A model generated the notes under the pieces. That model saw only the letters and a program-made list of their open reading frames with translations, was not told the origin of the DNA and searched no databases. The translations under genes and the position numbers were made by a program. A stretch of 64,000 nucleotides of DNA from Poseidonia sp. (GTDB lineage: Archaea; Thermoplasmatota; Poseidoniia; Poseidoniales; Poseidoniaceae). Shown piece after piece: positions 16,698 to 27,600 of this stretch. How positions within the stretch are numbered: the stretch's first letter is position 1; each line of letters starts with the position of its first letter. The stretch lies in assembly GCA_030827475.1 (NCBI GenBank), contig JAUREJ010000002.1:18027-82026 (forward strand), given 5' to 3'.

Positions 16698-17444
16698 TTA
16701 CAACCAATCGAGCACGGTGTTGAGTTGAACCAACCAATCGTCAGAGGCGACGTCGATGATGTCGTAATGGTCACCGGGCAGCCAAAGCTTCTGGACGTCG
16801 GCACCCTTGGCCTTCATGACCCTCGCATAGGTTTCCGATTGCTCAAGGGGAACGTCGACGTCGTGCTCGCCGTGGAAGAGCAGCACGCTGGTTTGCGGCG
16901 GGTGGTCCACCGGGTTGAGTTGGCGCCAGAGGGTTTCGTTCTCTTCAGGCGAACAACCGATCCACCTTCGGACGGCATCACCATCGTCGGACAGGCGAGC
17001 ACGGTCGGCACCGATGAGGTCCGTCAAGGGTGCTTGAGCAATCGCCAACCAGGGCCGGCGCTCGGCTTTCGCACTCATCAAGAGCGCCAGTTGGCCACCG
17101 GCGGAATGCCCCATGACCATCGAGCGGGTCATGTCGATGCCCGGGAGCAACGCCAACTGTCCCCATGCCCGCAACACGTCGGAGAGGGTGTCCATCCAAA
17201 CCCCTTCTTCGCCTTCCTCCCATCGCTTGAATTCGATGTTCCAAGCGGCGACACCCGCTTCGGCGAGGTCTTCTGCGATGGGTTGCATCAACTCAAGGGT
17301 GTACTTCGTTTTCCAGAAGCCACCGTGAATGAGCATGATGCATGGGATGCCTTCGTCCTTTTGAAACGGCGACGGGTCATCGGGCATGTGGAGGTCAGCG
17401 AACTGCCACGCTTCTGCACCCCACTGCATCCGGTCAACGGCCAT
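16698..17444 (-). CDS. Alpha/beta hydrolase, HGGxW (HSL/arylformamidase-like) family
   Basis: IHGGFW oxyanion motif, GHSAGG nucleophile elbow, D.DVP acid, GDH His. Confidence 0.85.
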   Translation of the reverse strand: MAVDRMQWGAEAWQFADLHMPDDPSPFQKDEGIPCIMLIHGGFWKTKYTLELMQPIAEDLAEAGVAAWNIEFKRWEEGEEGVWMDTLSDVLRAWGQLALLPGIDMTRSMVMGHSAGGQLALLMSAKAERRPWLAIAQAPLTDLIGADRARLSDDGDAVRRWIGCSPEENETLWRQLNPVDHPPQTSVLLFHGEHDVDVPLEQSETYARVMKAKGADVQKLWLPGDHYDIIDVASDDWLVQLNTVLDWL

Positions 17445-17475
17445 GATTCAAACAGGAGAGGTTGGGCTATGATGC

Positions 17476-18207
17476 TTGTGCCGCCTCATGGGAAAGGGCT
17501 TACAAACCCCAAGGCGTAGTGACATTGTGCGTCGTTTTGCGTGGTTGGCTTTTCTCCTTGTTGGCCTGGCCCCCACCGCTTCCATTCTTGCGTCGTTTGG
17601 TACCGGCGAGGGGTTGTTGGGGCAGTTGGTTTGGCTTCTGTCCAAGGCTTGGATGCTTGGGTTGCCGTTGTGGTGGCATCTCAAGGTGGATCGGAAACCA
17701 TGGTCGTGGTCTCCGGTGCGAAGCGGTGGCTACGCCGCTGCGACGGGTCTTGGCCTTGTTTTTTCTGTCGTCATGTTACTGGCGTGGTTTTTCTTCGGCG
17801 AATCACGGGTTGACCGTCAAACATTCCGAGCAACCCTCGAACCCTTTGGACTGACCAACGTCAACACCTACCTCGCCGCTGCGGTGTTCTGGACGGTTGG
17901 AAATTCGGTTTTGGAGGAGTATGTTTTTCGTTGGTTCCTCGTTGAGAAAGGCGAGGTGGTGTTTGGGCCCGGCTGGCCAACCATCTTTGCCTCGGCTTTC
18001 GTTTTCGTGCTCCATCACTTCTTTGCCTTGTGGTTCCTTGGTTTCTCCCAGTTGGCCATCCTCTTCGCCTGCATCGGGTTATTCGTCGGCGGAGCTGCTT
18101 TCAGTTGGCTTTACGTTCGCTATCGGAGTATTTGGATTCCTTACATCACCCACGCGATGTGCGATGTGGTGGTCTTTGGCGTGGGTTATGCTCTGCTCTT
18201 TGGTTGA
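17476..18207 (+). CDS. CPBP (CAAX/Abi) family intramembrane metalloprotease
   Basis: EEYVFR, FVLHH and HAMCD motifs in a multi-TM protein. The true start is probably slightly downstream. Confidence 0.85.
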   Translation: MCRLMGKGLQTPRRSDIVRRFAWLAFLLVGLAPTASILASFGTGEGLLGQLVWLLSKAWMLGLPLWWHLKVDRKPWSWSPVRSGGYAAATGLGLVFSVVMLLAWFFFGESRVDRQTFRATLEPFGLTNVNTYLAAAVFWTVGNSVLEEYVFRWFLVEKGEVVFGPGWPTIFASAFVFVLHHFFALWFLGFSQLAILFACIGLFVGGAAFSWLYVRYRSIWIPYITHAMCDVVVFGVGYALLFG

Positions 18208-18220
18208 GAAGGCCTTGTGC

Positions 18221-19627
18221 TCAAGGGCAATACCGGCGGAGGTCGCGGGGGAACAACACCGTTTCCCGGACGTTTTTTGCACCGGTCAGCTTCATCAAAA
18301 TGCGTTCAACACCGAGTCCCCATCCGGCGTGCGGGGGCACGCCGTGCCGGAATCCTGCCACGTAAAACTCGAATTCATCGGGGTTGAGGTCCATGGTTCG
18401 GAGGTTGTCCACGAGCACGTCGATGCGATGCTCACGTTGGCCACCGGAAGTCATTTCATCTCGGCCGAAGTTGAGGTCAAAGCCCCGGGAAAGTTGCTTC
18501 CCAGTGCTTCCAATCTCGCCTTCGATTTGATGGATGTAAAACGGCTTGAGGGACATCGGCCATCGTGGTAAGAAATAGAACTGCGGGAGATCTTCAGCCA
18601 GCAGGTCGGAGTTTTCGGCATCGATATCGTCGCCCCACTCAATCTTCCCGCCTTTTTCTTTGATGATGCGAATGGCATCGTCGTATTCAACGCGGGGAAA
18701 CGGAAGTTCGGGCACGATCACCTCGACCAATTCCTCGCCCTGTTCAGCCCGGAAGGTGTTGATGGTGGCGATGAGGTCTTGCGACTCCTCCTCTTCAGCC
18801 ACCGACTTCCAAATGTGGTGAAGCATGCGCTCAAGCACACCCATCACGTCGTCGTCGTTGGCCCATGAACACTCGATATCAAAGGAGATGAACTCGGCCA
18901 GATGTCGGTAGGTGTCGCTCTTTTCAGCACGGAATGCCGGCCCGATCTCAAAGACGCGCTCCAACCCTCCGCTCATGCACAACTGCTTGAACAATTGAGG
19001 CGATTGGTTGAGGAAGGCAGGGCGGTCAAAATATTGCATCGGAAACAGGTCGGCGCCTCCTTCGGTGGCGGTAGCGACAATTTTCGGCGTGTGGGTTTCG
19101 ATGAATCCCTCGGAAATAAGGTGCTGTCGCCCAAATTGAAGCACTTTCCCACGCAGCTTGAACATGGCGTTGACGTGCGCGCGGCGCAGATCGAGGAAGC
19201 GGTTGTCGAGTCGAGTGTCCAATTCAGCGTTGACGGTATCGGTGACGCCCAAAGGTAAGGGCGCTTCTGCCCGGGCGATGACGTTCACTGAAGTCGCCAG
19301 CACCTCATACGCAGGAGGTGGGGTAGGTTCACCTTCCTTGACCTTGGGTGGACGCTTGAGGGCCACGGTGCCGGTGAATTGCAAGGTGGATTCTCGGGTC
19401 ATCCGCTGAACAGTGTCGAGGGCTTCTTCGCCGATGATGTCACCCTTGAGGAAAATCTGGGTCTTGCCCGTGCCGTCCCGGAGGTCCACAAAGCAAATGG
19501 CGCCCTTGCCTCGATTGGTTTCCATGAAACCGATAACGGTGACTTCGCTGTTGATCAGGTCGGCCCCGTTGGCTTGGAGTTCGCCAAGGGTGTGCGTTCG
19601 GTAAGCGGTGGGGACCCAAGTGGTCAT
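18221..19627 (-). CDS. aspS: Aspartyl-tRNA synthetase, archaeal/eukaryal type (possibly non-discriminating)
   Basis: OB-fold N-domain (FVDLRDGTG), [54 protein letters not shown]. Confidence 0.95.
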   Translation of the reverse strand: MTTWVPTAYRTHTLGELQANGADLINSEVTVIGFMETNRGKGAICFVDLRDGTGKTQIFLKGDIIGEEALDTVQRMTRESTLQFTGTVALKRPPKVKEGEPTPPPAYEVLATSVNVIARAEAPLPLGVTDTVNAELDTRLDNRFLDLRRAHVNAMFKLRGKVLQFGRQHLISEGFIETHTPKIVATATEGGADLFPMQYFDRPAFLNQSPQLFKQLCMSGGLERVFEIGPAFRAEKSDTYRHLAEFISFDIECSWANDDDVMGVLERMLHHIWKSVAEEEESQDLIATINTFRAEQGEELVEVIVPELPFPRVEYDDAIRIIKEKGGKIEWGDDIDAENSDLLAEDLPQFYFLPRWPMSLKPFYIHQIEGEIGSTGKQLSRGFDLNFGRDEMTSGGQREHRIDVLVDNLRTMDLNPDEFEFYVAGFRHGVPPHAGWGLGVERILMKLTGAKNVRETVLFPRDLRRYCP

Positions 19628-19798
19628 GCTCCGTGGGCAGCGGTGAAGAACATGAAGCATTCGCTGAGTTCGCTTGGAGAGGCGAAGAGGTGAGGGACTT
19701 TCCCTGATTGCTGGCTCCCTCCTCTCTGCTGGGGGAAGCATGAGCATTCGGCCGTGGACGGCCCGAAATCTCTTGAAGAGCATCGTCTTGGTTCACCC

Positions 19799-22700
19799 AT
19801 GTCCAGCCAGCGGGCTCGTGCGGTTTCATGCGTTGTGGTTCTGGTGTTGATGAGTCTCGCACCGTTGGCGATGACGGTCGGTGCATCGTCTTCCATCCTG
19901 CTCTCCAGCGATGTCCGTCACGTCGTTCTTGAGCCAGGTCAGTCCACCAACGTCACCTTGACCATTGAAAACAACGGGTCGAGCATCACCTCCTATAACC
20001 TCACCCTCAACAACAGCGGTCTGAGCAGCGTTTGGGACATTGTTCCCGTCGATAGCGTGGTGAGCAACGTCTTTCCCACTTGGTCAAAGAACACCACGAT
20101 CGTGGTTCGTCTGCTCGAGGGTGCCACGGTCGCCGACAGCGGTTCCTTCACGCTCACCGCTACGGACACGTCCACCAATGCCAGCGAATCCCACGAAGTC
20201 CATGTTTCGGTTGCCCCATGGTATCAACCCTCCCTGAGTGCGGCCTCTTCGTCCCGCGTGGACATGGCTGCAGGTGCGAGTGTCAACCTCACCTACACGG
20301 CAACCAACTATGGAACCGTAACGGACACGTTCTTGCTCGATGTTGAAGTTGAACCCGACCTCTCCGGCTGGTGGTCCAATCAAACGAACAACACCTCCGG
20401 GAACACCAGCGGAAACACCACAACATCGCCCTCGATGAACGTCCTCATGTATGGGAACAGCTACACTGCAGGGAACAATCTCGGTTCAGTGGTCGAGTCC
20501 ATCCTCGATGCAGACGGCTACAACGGAAGCGTGACCCCGCTCTCGGGAGGTGGCATGATGCTCGATGACCACTGGCAGAACGTCAACACCACCGGGCATC
20601 AATGGAACACGAGCCTTCGAGGCAACACATGGGACTACGTCGTTTTGCAAGACCAGAGTCAGGTGCCCTCCTTGCCCACCAACGATTCCTCTTGGCAGGC
20701 CAGCAAAAACGCATCAATTCACCTCAGCGGTTTCATTGAGGACGAGGGTGCTGAGGCCGTGCTCTTCATGACATGGGGGCGGCGAAGCGGAGAATCCGGG
20801 GCGCAGTGGCATCAATATGCCAACATCAATCAAAATTTCACCTCGATGCAGGAACGCCTCACGGAAGGTTATGTTCGGTTTGCTGAGAACATCACGTCTG
20901 CCGGCCACACCGTTTGGATTGCGCCCGTTGGGTTGGCCTACAAAACCGTCCATGACGGTGTCGTCGCTGCAGGCGGTGACCCAACCGCTTCAGGCAACCT
21001 GTTCTACGACCTTTACACCTCGGACGGAAGTCACCCCTCCCTTTCGGGCTCGTACTTGGCCGCATGCGTGTTGCATTCGACCGTGACGGGCGAAACATGC
21101 GTTGGGAGCAACGATTCCATCAACCTGTCTGCGAGCGTCAAACTCGAACTCCAACAGGCAGCCGACGACACCGTGTTCAATCAAACCGCAGGCATGTCCT
21201 ACTACCCTTGGGAAGTTGGCGGGACCGCCGCTTTTGGCTTGGGCGCATCCGTGCCGTCAGGCTGGTACCTTCAGTGGGTTGATGACGAAGTGACGAACCT
21301 TGCTGCAGGGGCCTCCCAAATAGCTACCCTCTCCGTGACCGTACCCGCTGATGCAGCCCCAGATTTCTACGGATACAGGCTGACCGTGGGATCGACCAAT
21401 GGGAACATCACGTCTTCAACCGTCCTTGTCATCGAAGTCCTCCCCGACGCTGATGTTGCGCTTGCCTTCCTCGACCAAGATGCTGATTTCCTTCCAGGGC
21501 AGAGCACCCTGACCTCGGTGCAGGTGACCAACACCGGGAACACCCCCCTCGATATCGATTGGACGGTGGAAACCCCCGTTGGCGAGATGTGCAGTGCTGC
21601 ATTGCAAGATGCTCAAACCCTGGACCTTCTGCCCGAAGCGCAATCCACCGTGGCCTTGCAGGTGGACGTGGCTTCCGATGCCTCCAGTGCGGACACCTGC
21701 GAAGTGACCCTCTCCGCTCATGTTCCCGTCGACGACAGCACGCAAATGCTTGAGCAACTCGTCTTCGTCATCAATGTGGACGAGCGGGTCAATTTTTCGC
21801 TTTCCGGACCTGCAACCTCGCTCTCGTTCGAGCCAACCACTGGAGCGACCTATGAGGTGCGCGTTGACAACGACGGAAGCGATGAAGTGACATTTTACCT
21901 GAATGTTGAACCTGCAAGCGGCTTGACAACCGTCCTCGTGACCGCCTCAGGCGTCACGGTGGCCCCCGGGGAGACCGGCATCTGGTCGGTCAACACCAAA
22001 GGCGACGCTGGAACGGCGGGCGCCTTTGCTCAGGCGTTCACCGCAACTCACGCAGGCGTCACCAACGGCGTTTCCGTAGAAGTTCGTCTCCTCGAGGTGC
22101 CCGAGGTCGCGCTGACGGGCCCGGGCGAAGACCGTTTGCTTGTGACCCCCGGCGGTGTTTCGTCGATGAACCTCACCCTCACCAACACCGGTACCGCAAA
22201 CCTCAGCCTCGCCTCGTTGCTCTCGGGCCTTCCTGCTGGCATCACGGCGAGCGTCTCTCCTTCTTCGTTGACCCTCAACACCTCCTCCTCGGTGGTGGTG
22301 GTGCTCGCCGTTGAAGCTGCGGTAAGCGCTGCACCGTCGTCTCATGAGGTGGGCTTGACCTTCAGCGGCGATGGGGTTTCGGCCGTCTTTGGATTTGATC
22401 TGATCATCGTTGAGCGCAGCGATGTTATCGCCAATGGAGTGGGGAGTGTGCTGCTTGCGACGCCAACTCAAACCACCCAATACATGGTGGATGTCACCAA
22501 CCTTGGTACGCAATCTGATGTTTACATCGTGGATTGGTCAACGGAATCGGAAGGTTCATGGTACGAATTTACGGTCAGCCCAACCACATTCCAGCTGAGT
22601 GCCGGGAGCACACAAACCGTTGCTATCAGCGTACGTGAAGTAGGTCAAGGGGCGCCGATTGGTGGCGTGAAACACGTCTTCACGGTCACTTCGACGAGCG

Positions 22701-23773
22701 ATGCAACCAGCACCGATTCACTCGAGATCACGGTTCTGTCCGTGGTGGCAAATGCCAACCTCACCGTGTTTGCTGAACAAGCATCGGCAAAGCCGGGCGA
22801 GACCGTCTACGGTGTGGTTGTCCTCACCAACACCGGGGCCAGTGAAGACACCTTTACGGTCACCACGGTCGGTACGGATTGCGGCCTTGATGCATCGGTC
22901 ACCCTTGCACCTGGACTCTCTTCCTCGGCGCTTGGGTGGTCGTGCGTCGTCCCCAACGATGCCGAAGCGGGTCAGCGAGGGTTGGTGTTCCGTGCCGTCA
23001 GCACGGTGCGCAGCAACATCGCAGTTGAGCACACCACATTCTACACGGTTAAAACGGACTTCCCCAGCAACACGCTCGTCGCCTTGGCCTTTGAGGAGAC
23101 CTCGTTGTCCCTTGGCGTTGACAGTTCTTCCTCTACGGTGCTCAAAGTCCAAAACCTGGCCAACGCTGAGGTTTCGGGTTCCCTCGAGGTTCTTGGTGAA
23201 GAAACGGGTCTTCTGCTCTTCGAGTGGACCCGACTTTCCGACCAAGCCTCCACAAATTCGTTCACGCTGTCACCTGGCTCGACGGTTGAATTCAAATTGA
23301 CGCTCATTTCCAACACCGCCCGCACAGCATCGGCCGAGGTTGTGGTGCGTTCAACAGCGACCGGTGCAGGCGTGACGACCTCCGACCAAGCCCTTCCTCT
23401 CAGCGTCTCCATCGACGGTCCCGCTCTCCCGCCCAACGGTCTTGCCCTCCCTCTGGGGCTCACGGTAAGCCAACCCGTGACGCTTGGTGTCATGGGCCTG
23501 GGGTGGCTCGTCGCCGTCCTTGCGGTGCGACAGCTGCGAGGTCGACAGGACGCTGAAGAAAGTGAGAAACACTTCGAAGAGGAGGTAGAAGATGATGTGG
23601 ATGAGGGCGCCGAAGAGGCTCCCGCCTTGGGTTATAACGAATGCCGATTGGACGGCGAGAGCAAGGTGAACTGTCCGACTTGTGATGCTCGTCTTGGTGT
23701 TCCACGAGGCAGCACGCCTCCGTTCCGATTTACGTGCCCGCAGTGCGAGAACAAGATTCGAGTTGTCGAATGA
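19799..23773 (+). CDS. Large membrane-anchored surface protein: signal peptide, NEW3/CARDB-like Ig repeats, inserted SGNH hydrolase (DUF4886-like), C-terminal TM, cytoplasmic zinc ribbon
   Basis: Signal VSCVVVLVLMSLAPLA. Repeats of the N.G...D.F/Y type. SGNH motifs GNSY, VVLQDQS, FMTWG, APVG.A and DGSHPS..GSYLAAC. TM LGVMGLGWLVAVLAV. Tail CPTC...CPQC. Confidence 0.85.
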   Translation: MSSQRARAVSCVVVLVLMSLAPLAMTVGASSSILLSSDVRHVVLEPGQSTNVTLTIENNGSSITSYNLTLNNSGLSSVWDIVPVDSVVSNVFPTWSKNTTIVVRLLEGATVADSGSFTLTATDTSTNASESHEVHVSVAPWYQPSLSAASSSRVDMAAGASVNLTYTATNYGTVTDTFLLDVEVEPDLSGWWSNQTNNTSGNTSGNTTTSPSMNVLMYGNSYTAGNNLGSVVESILDADGYNGSVTPLSGGGMMLDDHWQNVNTTGHQWNTSLRGNTWDYVVLQDQSQVPSLPTNDSSWQASKNASIHLSGFIEDEGAEAVLFMTWGRRSGESGAQWHQYANINQNFTSMQERLTEGYVRFAENITSAGHTVWIAPVGLAYKTVHDGVVAAGGDPTASGNLFYDLYTSDGSHPSLSGSYLAACVLHSTVTGETCVGSNDSINLSASVKLELQQAADDTVFNQTAGMSYYPWEVGGTAAFGLGASVPSGWYLQWVDDEVTNLAAGASQIATLSVTVPADAAPDFYGYRLTVGSTNGNITSSTVLVIEVLPDADVALAFLDQDADFLPGQSTLTSVQVTNTGNTPLDIDWTVETPVGEMCSAALQDAQTLDLLPEAQSTVALQVDVASDASSADTCEVTLSAHVPVDDSTQMLEQLVFVINVDERVNFSLSGPATSLSFEPTTGATYEVRVDNDGSDEVTFYLNVEPASGLTTVLVTASGVTVAPGETGIWSVNTKGDAGTAGAFAQAFTATHAGVTNGVSVEVRLLEVPEVALTGPGEDRLLVTPGGVSSMNLTLTNTGTANLSLASLLSGLPAGITASVSPSSLTLNTSSSVVVVLAVEAAVSAAPSSHEVGLTFSGDGVSAVFGFDLIIVERSDVIANGVGSVLLATPTQTTQYMVDVTNLGTQSDVYIVDWSTESEGSWYEFTVSPTTFQLSAGSTQTVAISVREVGQGAPIGGVKHVFTVTSTSDATSTDSLEITVLSVVANANLTVFAEQASAKPGETVYGVVVLTNTGASEDTFTVTTVGTDCGLDASVTLAPGLSSSALGWSCVVPNDAEAGQRGLVFRAVSTVRSNIAVEHTTFYTVKTDFPSNTLVALAFEETSLSLGVDSSSSTVLKVQNLANAEVSGSLEVLGEETGLLLFEWTRLSDQASTNSFTLSPGSTVEFKLTLISNTARTASAEVVVRSTATGAGVTTSDQALPLSVSIDGPALPPNGLALPLGLTVSQPVTLGVMGLGWLVAVLAVRQLRGRQDAEESEKHFEEEVEDDVDEGAEEAPALGYNECRLDGESKVNCPTCDARLGVPRGSTPPFRFTCPQCENKIRVVE

Positions 23774-24556
23774 TCAGAGCCGCTGCGCCACGAGCAAAAA
23801 AGCCGTGTGCCCAAACGGGCCGTTGACGGGTCGCATGCCACCCTTCGAAGCACGCCCCCACTCTCTTTCCATCAATTCGCCGGCCCATTCCACGGAAAGA
23901 CCTGCCTCTTCACATGCTTCCCAAGCGCGTTCCAGTTGGGAGCTGACCGGACAGTAGCAGGCAAGACGACCGCCTGAATTGAGGAGGCCGGCCGTGGCAG
24001 CGATGGCGGGGGGGTGGTCGGGCAAGTCCAAAACGATGGCGTCCACTGCCTCAACAAGCTTCTCGATTTCCTCCACCGTTTCTTCGATCAGCCCGGTGAG
24101 GTGGTGGTGGGTCGGGAACGCTGCCCAACATTGCTTCGCCCGTTCAAGGTTTTCAAGCCCAACTTCGGCGTGCTCTTCCCGGGGTTCCACGGTGATGTGC
24201 ACCCCTTTTTCGCCGAGCACCCGAGCGATGTAGAGGGATAAACCCGCACTTCCGATGCCGGCTTCAAGAACGGTATCGCCAGGGCCCAGGCCAAGTCGAG
24301 TGAGGAAGAATCCGGCGTCTTTGCTTCCGATGGTTTGTGCTCTTCGCACCATGCCCCGGGCGAGTTCAGGAACACGTGGGGCGAGCCGCTGCAGTTCCTT
24401 TTGTCCAATCGCCACATGCTGACCGATGTCGATGTTGCGGAGGACTTCGGTCGCATTGAACACACCAAGACCCTTGACCTTTTGCGGCTCATCCACCAGG
24501 GCGACGACGTAGGTTTTCCCGTTGCTTTCGCCCAGAACAGCCCATGCATCGGTCAC
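23774..24556 (-). CDS. trmI: tRNA (adenine-N1)-methyltransferase (TrmI/GCD14 family)
   Basis: AQTIGSKD, VLEAG.GS.GLS, VLDLPD, CYCP...Q, and C-terminal MRP...GHTAFL. Confidence 0.85.
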   Translation of the reverse strand: MTDAWAVLGESNGKTYVVALVDEPQKVKGLGVFNATEVLRNIDIGQHVAIGQKELQRLAPRVPELARGMVRRAQTIGSKDAGFFLTRLGLGPGDTVLEAGIGSAGLSLYIARVLGEKGVHITVEPREEHAEVGLENLERAKQCWAAFPTHHHLTGLIEETVEEIEKLVEAVDAIVLDLPDHPPAIAATAGLLNSGGRLACYCPVSSQLERAWEACEEAGLSVEWAGELMEREWGRASKGGMRPVNGPFGHTAFLLVAQRL

Positions 24557-24685
24557 GCTCCGCCGAAACCGGGCGAGGTGTTAAGGTTCTCTTTTCCCCT
24601 CCACAGGCCAACCCAACGGAGCCCGGACTGGAGGATGACTCGCAAGAGCGAGTGTTTCATATACCCTCCAAAGACTGGTGAAATT

Positions 24686-27600
24686 ATGAAACACGCAGTG
24701 CGTACGCTCTCCCTCGCGATTGTCACCATCTTCCTCGGGAGTTTGATGTCCGGCATGATGATCGAATTGTACCAACCTCCAACGGAGACCCTCGATGACG
24801 AGCCCCTGCTGCAACGTGCATCTTCGGCCACCAGTCCCGGTCACGTCGTGTTCGCACAATACATCTCTTCAGACAACTGCGGCCACTGTTCCAAGACTGG
24901 CGGTGGCTCAGATACCCATCACCTGCTCAAGGGGAACTTCCCAGATGAATATGTGTACGTCACCTACATGTCCTCGTCCTACGGCGACACCGATACGGCA
25001 CGAGCCGGCGCTGTCGCCCCATACAACTGGGCGTGGAGCACCGGTGGCGCACCGGATGCGTATTTTGGTGATCGCACCGACCAGCGTAAATCCGGCGCCT
25101 CGGCCAACTACGATACCTACGACCAACTCTTCTCGAGCGGCGGTGGCATGCACTCCACGGTCAACGACTACGGCATGTCCGCTGCAGTCTCTCAAAACGG
25201 GAACAACTACGACATCTCCATCTCCTACAAATACACGGGCTCCGGCACTCCCGCCTCCAACATGAAGCTCTACGCCGCCCTTGTGGACAAGGATTGCACC
25301 GGATACTCCTACTCCTCTGGCATTCCCCACGGTTACAACTGCTGGATGGCTTGGCTCACCGCCGGTGACACGTACAAATCCAAGAGCGGTGGGTCGGGTT
25401 CAGCCTTCCACAGCGTGACGGTCTCCTCTACCGAAACCAGCCAATACTGGACGTCGGTGCCCACCTCCGTTGTCCCCGGCGGCCTGAACAAGGCCGTTGT
25501 TGTCGCTGCTCTCATGAGCGGGAACCAAGTCTCCGTGGGTGGCTCTTCACCGCACGTCTACCACGCTATTGACTCCACCATGGGTCCCAAGATGGACATC
25601 GGGGTCTCCGGTCTCCAGGTGAGCAATTCCCAAGGGACCTCGTCCTACATGCGAGGCGACACCATCACCCTGCAAGCCGATGTCAAGAACACAGGCGATT
25701 TGGATTACGCCGATGGTGGTCAACTCCAATTTTTCTACAAGAACGGGGCGACCTCAACGGCCATCGATTCGGTCAACATCCCTACCCTCAACGTCGCAGC
25801 AGGATCCACCTACCTCTCCGGCTCGGCAACGTTTGACACGTCCTCCCTCCCAGCCAACGCTTGGTCCACGACCTTCGGGGCTCGTCTCGTCGGCCTTACC
25901 GGCGACATGGCCGCTGGGAACAACGTCGCCGAGACCTTGGTCGACCACGACCGACCTCCGGTCGTCATGTCTCCCGAAGTCCTCGGTTCCATGACCGTTC
26001 AGCGCGGCGAGTATGTGACGCTCCTCGCCAAGGGCGACGCCGACGACAACGTCGACACCATTGATTCGATGACCTTTGACGTGGAAGTTTCGCCGTCTGG
26101 ACAGGGCGCTTGGGACGCTAGCATCGTGTCCGGCGGTGAGAACATCTTGTTCCGTGGCTTGGCTTCAGAGGGACGCGAATACATCCTCACGCCCTCCATG
26201 AGCATGAGCGCTGGCGACTACGATGTGCGAACACGTGCCGTTGATGCCCGCGGCCAAAGCAGTGCTTGGATGGAGTTCTCCGATGCGTTCACCCTCGCCA
26301 ACGGCCGCCCCACAGTGATCGCTGACCCCGTGCCCACCGTGATGTGCGACATCAGCACAAAGGTCAGCATGGCCGGACACATCGTCGACCCTGAAACACC
26401 GCTTACCGAATTGGTCGTTACGTCCACCAGCGACTACTTCGTCGCCTGGCATGCAGCCAACGAAGAAATCGAAGTTCTCTTCCCGTACGAATCGGGTTGC
26501 GACGGTCAGAAAGGCATTGAAGTCAAGGTTGACGACGGTGGCGATTACAGCGAAACCGGGGAATTGCCGTACGGCACCCTCCTGTTCAACATCATCGAGA
26601 ACGGACAGCCCCGCTGGCAAGGTTTGCCCATTCAAACCGTGGAGGAAGGCGGGAGCGGCATTCTCTCGCTCAACACCTTCCTTTCCGACACGGACGACAC
26701 CGGCGAGGCCGTTGATGCCTCCGGATTGACTCTCCAAATCATGGATAACACCAACCCCGAAGCCATCTCGGTGGAACTTCGAGGCTCCACGCTCGGCTTC
26801 GAGACCGTGGACGACGATGTCAACGGCGAAACCACGGTGACCCTGCGGGCCAGCGACGGCGAGCAGTACTCCGACCAAACCGTGACCATTCGCATCACTC
26901 CGGTCAACGACGCCCCGCGCATCGACATGACGGAAATCGAAAGCTTCTCGCTCAAGAGCGGCAAGCAGATGGTCATCAATCTGAAGAACCGCATGACCGA
27001 TGTTGACAACTCCATTGACCAGGCGTTCATCTCGGTGACGCCATCGGAACCCGGTGCAGCCCGCTACAACATCCTCGACGGCAACATGATTCTGTTGTTC
27101 GAAGAGGTTGGCGAACAAACCGTCACGGTTTCGGCCACCGACGGTTTCGCCACGAACACCTACATCATCACCGTTGATGTGTTTGACTCGCTCCCGTTCT
27201 ACATCTCCAAAACCGATGACGGTAGCGGTCACCTTTACGTCGACATGCAGGACACCTACGAGACGCAAACCCCAACGGCTTCGTTCTTCTTTACCGAAAG
27301 CGCCCCCAGTTTCAACATCGTGACCGTGACCTGGTCCTTGTGCAACGATCTTTCCGGAACCTGCGATGGATTCTGGGAATATGACCTTGACCTGTCCCGC
27401 TCGAACATGGGCTGGACCGAGGAGATGAACATCCCCTCCGCATACGGTGACGGCGGATACGCCCGAACCAACGGCATGCGAAACATGGACTACATCTCCC
27501 TGACCGTGAAGGCCGTTGATGCCTCGGGTCAAGAGTACAAGACCCCGGACCAAACCAAGTGGTACACCACCGAAGCCCTCCCGGCGCCCGCTGAGATGGA

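Noticed and set aside
24335-24685. ORF-track N-terminal extension of the 1271-aa ORF
   Set aside because: It overlaps trmI on the opposite strand; the ATG at 24686 has an SD, a TATA-like element and a signal-like segment.
26165-27553. 462-aa minus-strand ORF
   Set aside because: Antisense to the cadherin-like gene, with no recognisable family.
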